A stretch of DNA of 64,000 nt from assembly GCF_009914755.1 (NCBI RefSeq), contig NC_060930.1. One strand, 5' to 3'. This document shows, piece by piece, positions 43,401 to 58,700 of the stretch. Within the stretch, counting starts at the first letter, position 1. The number at the start of each line of letters is the position of its first letter. The stretch comes from the human T2T-CHM13v2.0 reference genome, Homo sapiens. Position numbers and translations under genes: made by a program. Below the pieces are notes generated by a model that was not told the DNA's origin, ran no database searches, and worked only from the letters and a program-made list of their open reading frames with translations.

Positions 43401-45148
43401 ATTTATATGCTCTAAAGTCAAGTAAATTATTAGAATTTAATCCTATTTCTTAGATTCATATAGTTTTATCTGATAGGAACAAACACAAGTTTACCTAAAA
43501 CCAGGCTCTTAGACTATATCTCACCAACATTTTTCTTTTCAAAATTCTGTCTATAATTCTAGGAATAGTTAAATGACATTTTTAGCTTTTTTGTGTTGTC
43601 TTGGGCATATTTCTGCCTTGTTTTGCAATCCTATGGCCCAGTGTTTGTCCATTTTTCATGGAGCAAACTAAGTTTCCTCTTGCATTATAAGCATTTGTGT
43701 AGCACCTCCTCTCTCCTATTAGTTCTAAATTAACACGATGTGTCCTTTTTTATTTCAAGCTCCTCCAAACTCCTTCCTTAGTACTTTGCACACTGATACT
43801 TGTTGAATATGTAACTGAGAAATAGAAAATAACTATGATTTAGTATCTCTTCTGTGTGGCACTTAACTTCCTATGTGTGTATATCTATTAGAAAAAAAAA
43901 GCAATCATGGTATTTATAATAAAAGACTGATATGGGCATAAATCAGTATTTATTATTTTCAGGTCCATAAAGACATATATTTACATTAATATGGAAGCAT
44001 TACAGGTAAAGTTATATTATTAAAATAAAAAATCATGAAAAATATAGTCATAGATTGCCTTTCTCATGTCCTGCCAATAGGACTATAATGTAAAATAGAG
44101 TGAATAGTTCAACTTTAATATCATATCTGCAAATTACAGCTTTTCCAAATGTACCAGTTGCTCAAAAGGTTATGAATGATGTCATTTGCACCCATATAGG
44201 GAAAGGCTCTTGCCTGACTTTTCAGATCTATTTACAGAGATCCAAAATGTTCTGCCTATTTGTTTATCTAAAATATGTTCCTTCATGAATGCCAGAAAGG
44301 AATTGCTACTATAATCCCAGGTATCAATTTGCTTCCTGTAGGATATTGCCTTATGATCCCTGCTAGGTCTCCTTTTATTTTTTTATAATCCCAAACCCTA
44401 GAGGCATCATTTCAGCCTAAGTCAGTGATTTAGAGGCTCTCATGCTTTTATTTATAAATGTGTATGCCATAAAAGTTACATAGTCCAGAATATAATGAAA
44501 ACTGCTAGCAAAATTTTGCTTTGAAAATCACAAGCATGTCCTAGTAAATACAGCTTCTGCCCAGCTGCATATTTTCTTGATACTAGAGTACCTGACTGAT
44601 TGTACATGTTTGCACTAGGTTCACATCCATGTTAGCATGTGGGAATCTAATTTTTATGGGTCATATAATACATTCAGCATATTGGTTAATGAGCTTCCAA
44701 CCATCTCAGTCATTCTTTTTGGGCAAATTGCAGGCCAAATATAAGAACTGAAATGGCTGCCTAAGGGCTAGGCATATAGTATATGCCATGACTTTTCTCT
44801 TCTTGGGTCATTTAGGAGAAAAGTAGTAAGCTGTGAGGAAGAATGCAATTAACTAACTTTTGTTAAGGGCCCAGATCATTACTAGGTGCTTTCCATGTAT
44901 TATCTCATTTCTATGTCCAGGTAAATTCATGTAGCAGCTAATAGGAGCCAAATCAAAAATTGAATGCTGGTCTGCCTGACTCATTTGCCTGATTAGGAGA
45001 GTTAATCCTGAAGTCGCTTTGGTCAGTAGCATCCAGGAGATGGAGAAAGGGCTTTGACTATTTAGAGTTAGAATCTACTCTGCAGTTACTATTTGATTTG
45101 CAAATGAGCAAATGGAAACCGCCCAAGAAACAAAAGGAGAGTTTCATG

Positions 45149-45252
45149 GAGGGAGGGAAAGAAGGAAGGAAGGAAGAAAGAAAAGAAGGAGAAAGGAAGA
45201 AACAAAGAAAAGAGGAAAGGAAAAGGAGGAAAAGGGAAGGGGGAAGGTAAAG
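45149..45252. repeat. Purine-rich (GA/GGAA) low-complexity tract
   Basis: About 100 nt that are almost entirely A/G. Confidence 0.85.
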
Positions 45253-46471
45253 AATCACAATAAATTATTTAAAATGTACTTTTTGGTTAAAGATAGGTTA
45301 AATAAGACCTACTGTTTTTGATTTAAATATATTAATTTCAATTGAAGTACTCATGCTGACATAATAAAAGTCTTCTAAGGTAATGAGTCATTATTTTAAA
45401 GGTCACCAATTAAATTCCTTCTCCTGAATAATTTTCCACCTGCCATTCTGCAGGTGGACAGCCCCACATGCATAGCATCATCTACTTGCTCTGTAGTCTT
45501 TGATGGTGCCAGGCATTTAGGTGGAAACAAACATACTTTCAAGACCCAAGATCTGTGGCTAAACCTTGTCACTCAGAGATATTTAGATATGTTTGGCATT
45601 CAAAGTAAGTTTTCTTTTTCTCAGTTTTCATCTGATTCTAGGATAAGTCCCAGAAAAATTGGCAGCAGATGATGAAAATAAACTGTTTTCTATCCTATGT
45701 TGGGGGTCTGAATTTTGCATTTTATTCACATATATGCTTTTAGGGCAATTTTTGTTTTTTACTATTTACTGTACTTCATTCTCCTATACTGATTTTGCTA
45801 CACTGATAAGCAGGACCCAGAGCTGAACCTGGCAGGGCAGTGATCCCAGAAGTCTTGAAGAGTGAGGGGCCAAGCCAGAACATGCCTACCGGCCTCAGTG
45901 AGTAGAACCCAGCTGGTGCAGATGGAGAGAAAAGAGCTCTGGAAGGAGAACTTCAATCAAAAAGCCAGCTTAGTTCTTAAGTTAAAAGTAATCCTGGGTT
46001 TTGTGGGTCCTGAAGCTTATAAAATATGGGAGGGGTAGTCTTGTTTGGGAGAAACAAACAAACAAACATAAAAATTGTAACATTTTCAACATAACTATAA
46101 AGAAAGACTTTGTGGGCAAATTGCTAGGTCCCACTCAGGGCCATGGAAGGGGTCTGTGCAAAGGAGGGCCCCTGAAGCTTAAGCTTTTCCTAAAGTTGCC
46201 TTTGAATGAAGGCCAGTCTCTAGAGATTAGGCATAGGATGCATCTAGCTGTAATAGCCAAAGGACCTGAGACCAGAAGTCAGAAGAAGAAGGTTCAAGCA
46301 GAGACTGGAAGGGGCAGATTGTGGAAAGATAAGATGCTAAGTTAGAGAAGACCATAACAATGTCTATAGTTTACCCCTAGTCTTCTGTGGTGGGGGAGGT
46401 CGCTATTTAGGATGTCATTCTGTGTGAGACAACAAGCATGATCATGACCCTGAAAATAAATGTTTCAACCA

Positions 46472-46607
46472 AGTACACATGGACATAAAAATAGGAAGAG
46501 GAGATGCTTGGGACTACTAGAGGGGTTAGGCAGGGCAGGGGATGTGGCTGAAAAACTACCTTGAAATTATGAAAAATAAAAATAAAAAATAACAAACAAA
46601 CAAAAAA
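46472..46607 (+). mobile_element. Short L1PA15/16- or L1PB-like 3' UTR fragment
   Basis: TACACATGGACATAAAA...GGGACTACTAGAGGGG...GCTGAAAAACTACC followed by an A-rich tail. Confidence 0.65.
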
Positions 46608-47889
46608 CTTAGCATTAACCAACAATGGAAAATCATGGTTTGAATGAGTACTTTATGACTGACCTTTTTCACTCAAAGCATATCTGAACTCTGAGGTTTG
46701 GATAAAACAAAGAAATAAAGTTTTCATTATTTCCCCATAGGAGCTTCAAATATGTAGCAACACTGAGTGGAAAAAAAAATGTACTAGTAGTTTTCTAACA
46801 GCTTGTACCTTACCTAATATTAACCCGCTGGGCATATGGGAACTGTAAGGAATCTGGACGCAATAGTAAGCTTTGGTTGAAAAAAATGCACCGATCAATA
46901 GCTTGCATTACTGTAAAAATCCTTCTGGGCTTAAAATTTTATTTTCTTGTATTATGATAGAAACCCTGAAGAGCAAGAATGAGGGCTAATCAAAGAAATA
47001 GTAGAAAACAGCATATATGTCCCAATACATGATGGTCTTTATCAAGAGCATTATGGTTTCCACACGGAAAGCTATATAGTAGTGGAATTTTTTTTTTTTT
47101 GTCTTAAGTCTCCATGGTGCTATTTCAGGGTGCTTTTTACAAAGATTTTCTAGCAACCAAGTAAGCTCAACAACATATCTTAAAATAGAAAAATAATTAT
47201 TCCCATAGTTGTGTATATATGTACACACACATACCTATGTGTATGGTACTATTTGTTTCTCTTTTAATGTTCTACTTGAACACTTAGGAATTAATCATTT
47301 GATTTTTTCCTGGAATATAACTTTTACTTGTATTCTTTATGTCATTGGCTGGTGTTGTATATGTATCTACGAAAATTATTTTTATCATAAAATGGATATA
47401 TCACTGGATAAACATAAAATATAAGGAAACTAATTACATAGAGCCACACTGTAGCTGTTTGGTTTTAGAATAGTTTGGTATGTGAAATATGTAAACATAT
47501 GATTAATATTATGCATTTGCAGCCTGTTTCATTGAAGAATGCAATTTATTTGCTTCTTTTTATTTCTCTTCTCCAGGAGAAGGAAGTTGATAGGAGTTGA
47601 CTGGAGTCTTAGAGAATAGTAGAATTAAGGAAGTTAAATCAGGGTATAGGGAAGAGAATGGTACATGAGGCTTAACTCATGAAGGGGAGGGAAAAAGTAG
47701 CTGTAGAATGCAAGTCCAGAATTAGATGTGCACAAGGAACTCACAGATTCAAGGGTCTCTGCATGTGAGGAGGCAGATCTCATTAGGAGAAACTCCTCCC
47801 CCCTGAGAGATCATACCTCTCATTTTTCTTCCTTAGTCAACCTGTGGCAATGATTGCAGTTAAAGCAATAATTCAAAAATGCAGACCTA

Positions 47890-48330
47890 AAACCTAACCC
47901 ATCTATTTCCCTTTTAAACCCCTTTGTTGACTCCTTTTGATCTATGGTACATTTTGAACCTCTTAGAATGGCCTTACCTGGCACTTGTATCCAGTCTCCA
48001 GACTCAGGTCCCACTAATATGTCTCATGCCTTATATTCTGGCATAAAAATCTGGTTGTTGTTTCCTGACCATCCTGCATACCTGTCTTGGGGATCTTCTC
48101 TCTGACTAGATGCTTTCTTCACCTTTTCCTGGCCAAATTAAACTCATAAGATTCAGCTAGAACATCACCTATTCCAGGGAATCCTTTCCTGAAAACCTCC
48201 AGGCCTAACAGCATATGTAAATCACTATATTCCCAGAACACTTGAAAGGATGTCAAAATTAGATTACATTGTATATTTATTATTATTCTCTTGAAGACAG
48301 AGACCATATTAAACTTCCCTATAAGATTCT
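47890..48330 (+). mobile_element. L2 fragment
   Basis: AACATCACCTATTCCAGGGAATCCTTTCCTGA...CTCTTGAAGACAGAGACCAT. Confidence 0.55.
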
Positions 48331-49388
48331 GACCAGTTCTATTGTTTGTGTACTAATAGTTTTAACTGGGAAGGGTGGCAAATAAATTGTGGAGTGCGTT
48401 GAACTTCATACAGGCAAAAATTTAGGAACATACAAGTATCTCAATTGAAAGGATTATTTTTATATAAGATAATTTTATTTATATTCAGAAAGATGCTTGT
48501 GTTTACTTGTTTGGGGACTTTCTATACCAGGCAAGCCCTTTTACATGTGTGAAGTGAGACTGCAGGTGAAGCCATCTGGCAGATCACATATTCGGTGTTC
48601 CTAGTAGCATGGATAAAAGACCTTTAAATAAAATTTCAAACCTATCTAAATTAGGACTGGATGCATGATTCTGAATGTAATTGATTTGGCAATATATGCC
48701 ACCAAACCTCAAGAAGGAGACACATACTTGTTTGGGCGTAAAAATTGATGACATTGAGCTGGAAAACTATTTAACACACAAAGCTAAACAAGATTTCTCA
48801 AGCTCTAGGAAGTGATTCAACGTAAACATAGACTGGTTTGGGGAAAAGAGGGTAAAACAGCATCTGTGTTTTGTAGTCCGTAACAACTATACCCAAGCGT
48901 CAGTTCATGCTTCTGAGAACTTTTTCACTGTTTTCCCTACATCAAATAAGTTTGAACCCGATTTATATGAGATTCTGCACCCAAATCTAAATAATTAGAA
49001 ATAAACTTTATCACTTTAGAGATTGATGGTAAAACAGGGGAAATACCTAATTTCTCGAAGAAAATAAGAGACTGATAAGAACCAAACAACCTATTTCTTA
49101 ATAACATGATCTGGAAATGAAATGATTGTTTGTAATGATTCAAATGAAATGTAACAGCAGACTGGATGAAAATTTCATTTTATTAGATAGTAGCATTGTA
49201 ATTATTTTTTAATTACCACATCTGAGTTAGAACAAAAAGCTTGATAGTGTTTGGAATCATAATTTAAGGTCAAATAGATGCATTTAAAAACATTCTAGTT
49301 TAAATTTGTCAGCATAAGATCCATGAGGGGAAAACAAAAACAAAAACAAAAAAACCTAAGAATTTGGGGAAATGGTGCAATGCTTTAG

Positions 49389-49789
<401 letters not shown>

Positions 49790-50357
49790 CTGCGTTTAAG
49801 AATTCTAATGAGAATGTCAGCAGATACTCAGATGATCATTGAATTTGCTACTTTATTTGTTTCTTTATAGGAAGTTCACAGTTGTTTATGTCACCACTGC
49901 ATTCATGGAAGATTTGGGGATAGAAATCACATGATTTTTCCAATATATATATAGTAAAGTCTTTAATTAACTGAATAGGGCCTTAAAATAAAAGCCCTTT
50001 CTTAGCTTCCCTTGCAGCAATATTGAATTTCCTTATTGGTTGAATGTTTACTAGAATATTCCTTTGGTTTTCAGCTTTCATATAATATGTTCATTTTTTC
50101 TTATAAATTATAGTGATTAAGAACATTCTGATGCTAGCCATTATGCTAGAGATAAACCTTTGTTGTACCTTACATTATACACAAATGTAAAATTGCATTG
50201 AATTTCCCCAGAGATTTACCTTCAATAAGTCCATAACATTGTATTTGTTTTGTTTTAATTCCTTTTTCTTAGATCTTGAGTGTGCCTTAAAATTCCATTT
50301 CATGGAGAACTGTGCGTGGTTGAATTTTGATTGATTACTCAATTAACTGATGTATTG

Positions 50358-50590
50358 GTAGAGTGATTAAGAAAGAAGACTTTGGGATCAGACCAACCTG
50401 GTTTTGAATTCAAGCTCAGCAACTTACTAGGTGAGTAACCTCTAAACCCACATTAAGCCTTTTTTCTATCCATAAAATGGAGATACTAACATTGCTTGTC
50501 TTGTTTGGCTGTTATGATGACAAAATCAGAAAATATGAATAAAACCTTTTGAATTATGCCTGATGCATACTAATCTTAATGTCAAGTATT
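50358..50590 (+). mobile_element. MIR
   Basis: GTGATTAAG...ACTTTGGGATCAGACC...CATAAAATGGAGATACTAA. Confidence 0.7.
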
Positions 50591-51111
50591 ACAGTTTCTA
50601 CATGCCAAGGTAAGTGGATTTATGAATTATATTACCCATTTAAATGAACCCCTATGTAAGGAATAAGTGACTTGAAAAGATTTTTGCTAAGAAAAGGCAA
50701 ATTAAATATAATGCTAATAATGCAGGAACATAGTACAAAAAAGGATACAGGCAGAGTGGATGTTTTATTCTTTGTCACACTTCATACAGTATAAAAACAA
50801 TGATGGTCTATTAGGTTTCACAAGAAGTTGGCCAAAAAGGTTAGACATTATTAAGAACTCATTCTGATGCAGGATTTACATCCACTATCCTAAAAGTAAA
50901 CTTCATGTTATTTGGGGCCTTGAGAACTCACCTAATGATAGTATGATGCCATCACAATGAACACATTTTAAAAGTAACCATCCAGATTATGAATACAAAA
51001 CTCTACCACTTTCTTAGCTATTTTATAATATTGCCGTACTCATATGATAATTTATTATTTTTGAACTTAATGACTAGTATTTAGAAACTTTCTTTGAGGT
51101 TTCTCAATAAC

Positions 51112-51615
51112 TGTGGCAGAGCATAATTTTTGTTTTGTTTTGTTCTGGATAATCTACCAGCCACATACCACTGCCCTTTCTCATGCCACTGCCCTTTCTC
51201 ATGCCACCCCTACTGTAAATTCTGGAAAGCCTAGTATGCTCTTTCTCAGCTTCCCTTGCAGCAATAGGGGAGCCGTAAGTTCTCATTATATCCATCCAAT
51301 GAGGCATGAGGAAAAGTCTGCTGGGCGAGCATCTAGTGATACTTTCTTCCTGACCCAGGTGTGGCTAGTGCTGTCCTTCCTTGTTCATCGCATCTTTGAA
51401 TATAGTTTTATTATGCAGAGTTGTGGCAGCAATCTTACAACCAAGAGTCAGCAAGCACAGAGACCAAAAAAAAAAAAAGTCTAAGCAGTGCAGAAAGGTG
51501 GAGCAAACCTGGTCCTTCTGACACTGCTGAGCACCAGCCATGGACCACCTCCCTCTAGAACATGACTGTGCTGCTCAAGCCAATGTGAGTCAGGTGTTCC
51601 TTTTAGTTAGTCTGT
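51112..51615 (+). mobile_element. Old ERVL/MaLR LTR (MLT1J/K- or LTR33-like), with an 18-bp duplication at 51168-51203
   Basis: TGTGGCAGA start, TTCTCAGCTTCCCTTGCAGC, GGCAGCAATCTT; CCACTGCCCTTTCTCATG occurs twice. Confidence 0.6.
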
Positions 51616-51649
51616 AGGACTTTTGTAATATGAGCTCATTCATTTTAAC

Positions 51650-51900
51650 CATTTCTTTTATTATTTACGCCACACCCTGTTTCCCAAAAATAGTTGAAAT
51701 GATGGGTAATACAGGAAAAATGGGAATAAAATAGATAAATTTGGTTTTCTAAAGCTTAGTATCCACAAAGATAAGCTCTAATAGTTTCTCAGGGGAAGCA
51801 TAGATTTTTTTGAGTACTGATTTCTAAATGACATTTCCTATGTGAATCTTGATGTATGAAGAACATCAGATGATGCAGGGTGTAACCTCTTCTGCAACCT
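51650..51900 (-). mobile_element. L4 (RTE-X) 3' fragment
   Basis: Resembles the recalled L4 end (TTCCCAAAAATAGTTGA; TTTCTCAGGGGAAGCATAG...GTACTGA). Confidence 0.45.
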
Positions 51901-54900
51901 TGCTATGTGAACTGCAATTTTATTTATAGGAATTTTATGGAGTTGCTTTGTTGTATGCATCCTTCTATAGAGTGGATCGGGGCATCAATACACAACTCAG
52001 TGACATCAATTTTGTGTGGGGCCAGTAAATGCAATATATCATACCCTCTTGTGGAACGTTCTGATTCAAAGCAGAAGTTACAATTTATAAGAGAGAGAAT
52101 GGCCTTCAGTTTTGGGGGTTTCTTTTTCCCCAAGCATTATAGTTCACACAGTTTAGATTTTGATGGGCATACAAGATCTGAGAGATCAACATTCTACTCT
52201 TGGATGAAAGCCCAGGGAGGAAGTCTTTTGTATTTCTGGTTGAGGGCAGATTCATATGTTTAAGAAGCAGTAAAACTGCTCCTGTGTTTGGTACCCTATA
52301 TGCAATACTTGGGGCATATAATAAATACTCATCACTGGATAGAGAACCATCACACTTTGCCTGAAGGTGGCCTTGTGGGCGCATGTTTTCTTATGAGGCA
52401 ATGCTGGATCCCTTTGTAACACATGAGCTAGTGACAAATTAGGCTTCAAAGTTTTAGCCTATAGGAAACAGTAAAGATAATTTTGACCTAGAAATATTTA
52501 AAGCCACTGTTGCCACTTACCCATCATAACTATAGGACAAAAACAAAAACATAGTACAGTGCCATCACAATTAATGCATTATTAACACATACATATACAT
52601 ACATACAGGCACAAACAAAAATTCCTTATGTTATATTCTCATATTTTATCTGGTTTTGAGCAACATGGCCTTTGTCTGAATCCACTAGGATGAATTCCTT
52701 GCAAAGTAAACTTTTAAAAAATTTAGATATTCCCTGTCAGATAAAATAATTTTAGCATTAAAATATTTAATATGAAGCCATGCCTTCTGATAGTGTTTCA
52801 TTGGATAAACTCTGCTTTGTGACAATTAAATTTTACAGTCAATATGTAGAAATCTTATTTTCATATTTTCTTGGGGGAAAGGAGGAAAAGTATGTTCTTT
52901 ATGTGGTACAGAATAAAGAGCACATTCAGTTGCTTTTCAAAATATATACCTGGACTGAGAGGAATAAATTTATATTCATAGATACTACCTTAGGGTAAGA
53001 GCAGGCAGATAAGGAAAGCCCAACTCTTTATAGTTTATGCCAGAGTGTTTATTCTCATGTGGGGGTATCTCTCTTTATATAAAGATGTAAAATTAATAAA
53101 AACCTAAATAATTAATAGGAGATACATTCATGGGACAAACCGAAAAGACTTTAAAAATTAAGCTTACTGAATTAAAGTATTCCCCCCAAATCCCTACCAT
53201 GTCTCTTTTTCAGAGATGTTAAGAATGATACCCCAGCTCTTTAACTGGAGGATAAACTAGTTTATGTTTTCATGAAAACATACCGCCAAATTATTTCATT
53301 TCTACTACTACTACATTATACTGAAAGAATTAGGTTAAAATATGAGCAATGTTTTTTAATTCTCTTTCACTTATTGCAGACTTCTCCAAATAGCAGAATC
53401 TTTTTCTTTCATGGCTGTTTTATTTCCCAGGGCATCACCATTAGTGTCTGTGTTTATCTTCGTTATCAAAACTTAGTCTGTAAAGTCATTTTTGATAATT
53501 TTCCTTTTGGCTTAGCCTCACAAAATCTATTATTCTAAAGCTGGATAACATGCCACATTCCACCTCTGCCTGTGCTGCATAAGCACTCTGAATGATGACA
53601 GATCAGAGAAGATGGGCCTGAATGCATAATTATTGTGACATGTAGTTAATGTTGGTTGATAAAAGTAGGCACACACAATTAAGAAAACATGCTTGATAAA
53701 GCTAGGCAGTTTATTAAGGATTTGGGTAAAACAACTGTGAGAAGTTACAAGGATTCATAAACTTCTTTTTGCCTCCTCCAATGTCACTGTCTCTGATTGT
53801 CTTCCCAATCTTTTCATAAGGTTTGTCTCATGCATAATAATTTCCTACTCCCCCGCCCCATTCCATTCTAGAACAGTTTTGCCTTTTCAACTAGTTACTG
53901 TTACCACCATTTAATAAGAAGGTTTTGCTTGGCTTTCTAATCGAAAACTTGCTTTTATCTTTCTTCATGAAAGAATTGAAATGGCTTCTTTCAGGTTGCT
54001 GTAGCCTCTGGGGAGATAAGGACCCTGCGGTTAACAGGATGAGAGATTTTTGTTTAGAAATTTTTATTTAGACAATGAAAAATGACCTCTGTAAACTCAA
54101 AGCTATCTTATTTTTGGGCTTTAGGCTTCTGGCAGATAAATCAATTGGGCCCTTGGGACAGCAAAGGAAAAACCTTTGCAGTAACTATGTCAGGGCAACG
54201 CAATAGATTTGTTGTGAGTATGCAGTTGTGTTGAATGTAGAATGCACTTAAAAATAAATATCATTTTATTTTCTATTAAATATTCAGGATCTGGATTCTA
54301 CTGTTTTCAGCTGCTACAAGGAAATATTTCTTTTTGTGATACAAACTGAAGAAGGCAGATATTTTTTATGTATAAAATATGTGGCTATTGTTGGTATTCT
54401 GATTTTGACTTTTTAATTATTTACCTGTGCATTCTCTAATGGAGACTGTTTATAGACTTAAATTCCAAAGTTATATCCTCACATTAAAAATATTAGTATT
54501 ATGAATGGCTGTTTTGTGGGTAAACAATTTCATTGTTGCCTACATAATACAATAGTCTAAAAAATGCTTTTCTAAAAGATGCTTTTCCAGATTGCCACCA
54601 CATTTTTCACACCTGTTCATAGGTTCAAGGAGCTTTGCAGATCCTCACAGCATGAATTTGCACCGCATGCTTACTCTCTAAAGAAAGAGTGTTGCACTTG
54701 GCAGTGTGCTTTTTTACCTGTGTCATGTAGAGTGGAGATTCAGGGTGAAAAGTTATGCAGAATAATCTGTAAATTTGACAAGAAACAAACCAGGAGACAG
54801 ATGCTCACTCAACCAAAATGCATGGATGTGCAGTTGTTAGTAATGGAATTGCTGATTAACATGGTAAAGAGGCAGTTTTCAAGGGGTTAATTTGTTTTCC

Positions 54901-55529
54901 TATTGTACAGGAAACCATTACATCCATTTTTGCAATGATGCTAAGGTTATGATATAAACCAATAAGATGCATTAGACCAGAAATTAAGGTATACTGGAAA
55001 AGAGAGGTACAATATGCTTAGCAAACAGCACATGAAGAGTCACAAGAAAACCAGTGGAAAAGACAGAAGTGAGATTAGGAAAGTGAGCAAGAAATATAAA
55101 TAAAAGCTATGCTTTTTGTCTTGAACTTTTAACTTTGGAATGAAAGCAAGCCTGTTTGATCAGCTTCTTCTATCTTTTTATCTTTTTCTAAATTTCTTTT
55201 TTGATTTTGGGGTTTTTTTCTCCTTTCTTAAAGTTGATTAATTCTAGGCTATGGTCAGAATTAACAGGTAAACCATATTTTATTTATTTTTGCAGTTCTC
55301 TCAGTTTAGGAACTTGAATAATATAAAAACATAAAACAAAGATATTGCATAAATATCCTTGAATTAGCTACAGTCACACTTCACAATAATCAAATGTAAG
55401 TTTCAGTTTTAGGGATACTGGGACAGATAAATGATATATGTTTGGATCTGGGTTTCCTTTTCCAAACAAAGTGGGCATGACATCAATCTCAAAGTATTGA
55501 AATAAGTAATAAGTGAGATTATAGATAAA

Positions 55530-55745
55530 ATAACAGTAGCTAATAGTTTCTGAGCACTTGCCTCTGTGGGCACTGTTTACATATGCTCATTTACTCCTCA
55601 CAATAATTGTATGAGATATACATTACTATAATAATCCCAATGACTGGTACAACAGAAGCATAGAGAGGTTAATTCATCCACTAGTATGTGGCAGGGCTGG
55701 TAATCAAGCCAAGAATCCTGTGCTGTTAACTCCTGCAGTATGGTC
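55530..55745 (-). mobile_element. MIR
   Basis: TAGCTAATAGTTTCTGAGCACTT...CTCATTTACTCCTCACAATAA...AGAGAGGTTAA. Confidence 0.7.
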
Positions 55746-58700
55746 CTCTGCGCCAAGTACACAGTATACATTCAGTAAACACTAGGACCCCAGTTCTTTC
55801 CTTCACTGAAGTCTAATATGTTGAGTAAGATATCGGTGATCAACTTCTGTGACTTGAATATTAAAGTATTCATGTTATTAAAGAAAATTTGTATATTTAA
55901 GTGTTTAATTCAGTTGTTAGAGCAAATATGCCTGCTTATCATACCTTTTTTGAAATAATATATCACATCCGAATATTCAATAAATCATCAGCATTTACCA
56001 TATCCCTATCACAGTATCTACTATTGATTATGCAAAGTAAATTTGTCTCAAGACCTTTACCAATCAGCACCTTAAAAATCAGGTAAAGAATAAGTTTATT
56101 TAAAACCAATAGAAAATAATTTACAATATTACTTTCAATTGTTAATTTAATAAAAATCATTGTTGGGCTGTACAATACAGATAACAAAGATGGTGAACTA
56201 TCAGTCTAAAATAATTATATTTGGTTATAATTAATAACGAATGCTTCATGAAAAATCTTTGAACTTAAGTTCACTAGACATTTTCTGAAAATGTAGTTGT
56301 CCATACACAGTAGAAATGGCATAAATGATCAATTAAATTTATAAACTATTCATAGAATCCATGCTTATGAAGTTTCACTCATCCCAATAACTGACTTATT
56401 ATTCAACTTTCTGAAAAACAGTTGTAAATCCAGAGATGGGCTACCCAAAGCTATAAAAGAGTTGCAATAATCACAAAGCCCATTTAATGAAAGTCCATGT
56501 ATGCCACTCTGAGGTGGTCCCCAGACTCCCACTCAGGATTTATTATTATGCTTATTCATTTTCCAAGCTGATGGCAGATTCAAAATATCAAGTGAGAAAG
56601 AAAAAAAAAGAGGGCACTTTTAGGAGCAGATATAACTACAAAGTCTTGTGTACCACTAGTAATGCTTAGCTTGGCATCCCCTACAACAGTTGATGGTCTG
56701 TAAGTATGTGTTGAGTAAAGTGGTAGTAGGGAAAGAGAAATCAAACAGCAAAAGTAGGTAGGCAAATAGGACTGTACAAATCTATGGTTGTTTAGCACAG
56801 GAGCCAGTGCAATAGTTTAAAAGCTGTTCAAGGCATTGCCTTACAATAGTTCATGCTTATAATAATGAGATGTCTTTATCTGTAAGATTAACTCGTGTTC
56901 TAAATACTATGTTTAAGGCATCTGAGTAGTATTATGAAATTCTCTGAGAATATTTTAATTAAAGATCTTAATATTTTAAAAATTGTGCAGGAATTGAAAA
57001 ATCCAACTAAAGGAGATAGAAAATAATGAAAATGAAGAGGTAAAAGTGAACATCAAAATAAATAGTAGAGTGAGAGGAAAAAGACTATAGGCTAGTGGAT
57101 ATTCATTTGGAAATGAAATGCGTACTACAGCTTTAGTTCTTTAAGAGCAGACACCCTGTTGTATTCTACTTTGTATTAATAATTTGTGTCTGAACCCCAA
57201 ATCTGGATTATGGGGAAGCCAAAGGTATGTAAAATTTAAGGAAGCACTAAAATATTCAAAAGTCAAGATAAAGAATATTTAGATATAACATTTTAAAAAT
57301 AAAAATGAATGCAAAAAATTCATGGTAAATAAAATACCAAAATTTAAAATTTAAAATATTTTAGATATAAAATAAGACAGATTTTTTTTTATAACCCTGC
57401 ATTATTATACACATATTGTGGTAACAGTCATTTCCAACCAGGCCATGGTCCCTGAGTCCTGCAAGTGCTGCAACCCTCACCAGTTAGTTTTACAAGGGTT
57501 GAACATGGCATGCAAACAGATTGGGCAATGTGGAGTTTTGTGTATAATCTTGCTTGTGACTGCAGAGTCTTCATTAACTTTTCTCACTGAGTTCAAAATA
57601 TGGGAAGATACTTTGATAATAAGTGTATACCGAAGGGCATATTTTTCCTTTTACCTCAAGCTTCAATATGTCTCAGCACTGGAATGCTGAACACTTCCTA
57701 ATACATAGTTGATAACTGATGTTTATTGAATGAAAAATGGTTAATGAATTAATGTGGCTATCTTCTTCTCCAAATATGCATTACTAAGATTCTAATATTT
57801 GGTGTCCCTTCCAGCTTGTATATTTTTTCTTCTTGCTGCATAATTTATGGACTTTCTACATCTAACATTCTTTCTCAAAGTTGCAAGGGAGGTTTTAGGG
57901 GCATGATTAGAGATATCTGGATGCTCAAAGAAGGCTGTTGTAAAAGCTCATGAATAACACACTATGTATGAAATTTTATAATAATAGTTTACCAAAACTG
58001 CCAGTTTCCCTGACTGACTTCCCTTACTACCTCTATACCTGGAATCTCCCTCATTTTCTTCTCAATTTTATTTAAGCACACTTCTAATATTCGATTTGGT
58101 TAAATATTTCTAAATAATCAGATTTCAGTATTGCAGAAAAGTTTAGTTTTGCAACATTCTAAATTGCCACCTATTATTTCCATCTTTCATTAATTGTTCC
58201 TTTATAGTATCCTCAAGTGTGTTTTAAATTTGTTGTGTATTCTCTCTTGTTTGGAATGATATCTATCTTAAAACTATGTCCATCTTGAAACTCTCTGCAA
58301 TACCTAGAAGATCAGGGAAAATAAATATTAATTAATGATCATGGTAATAATAATGATATAGCAATTTAACTGTCTTATGTCTTTGCTCACATTGCCCGTA
58401 TGGCCTCACTGGAATAATACTGATTTTTACAACCAACACAATTTCTTATCTTTGAAAGCCTTTTCTCTGACTCCATTTTAACGTCTCCCATTATTGTTTT
58501 GTTACACATAAATTACGTGAAAAGAGACTCTCCTGCATTATTTATTTTTTTCATAACTAATATTTGAATAAAACAAAGGTGAAATTTGACATAGGAAAGT
58601 TTCTGTTTTTCTAAGAACTAGATCATATAAATGCATATGGTCAAGATGTATTTTTTAGAGATTTTGAAAATATTATGTGGAATGTTGATTTTTTTAAGTA

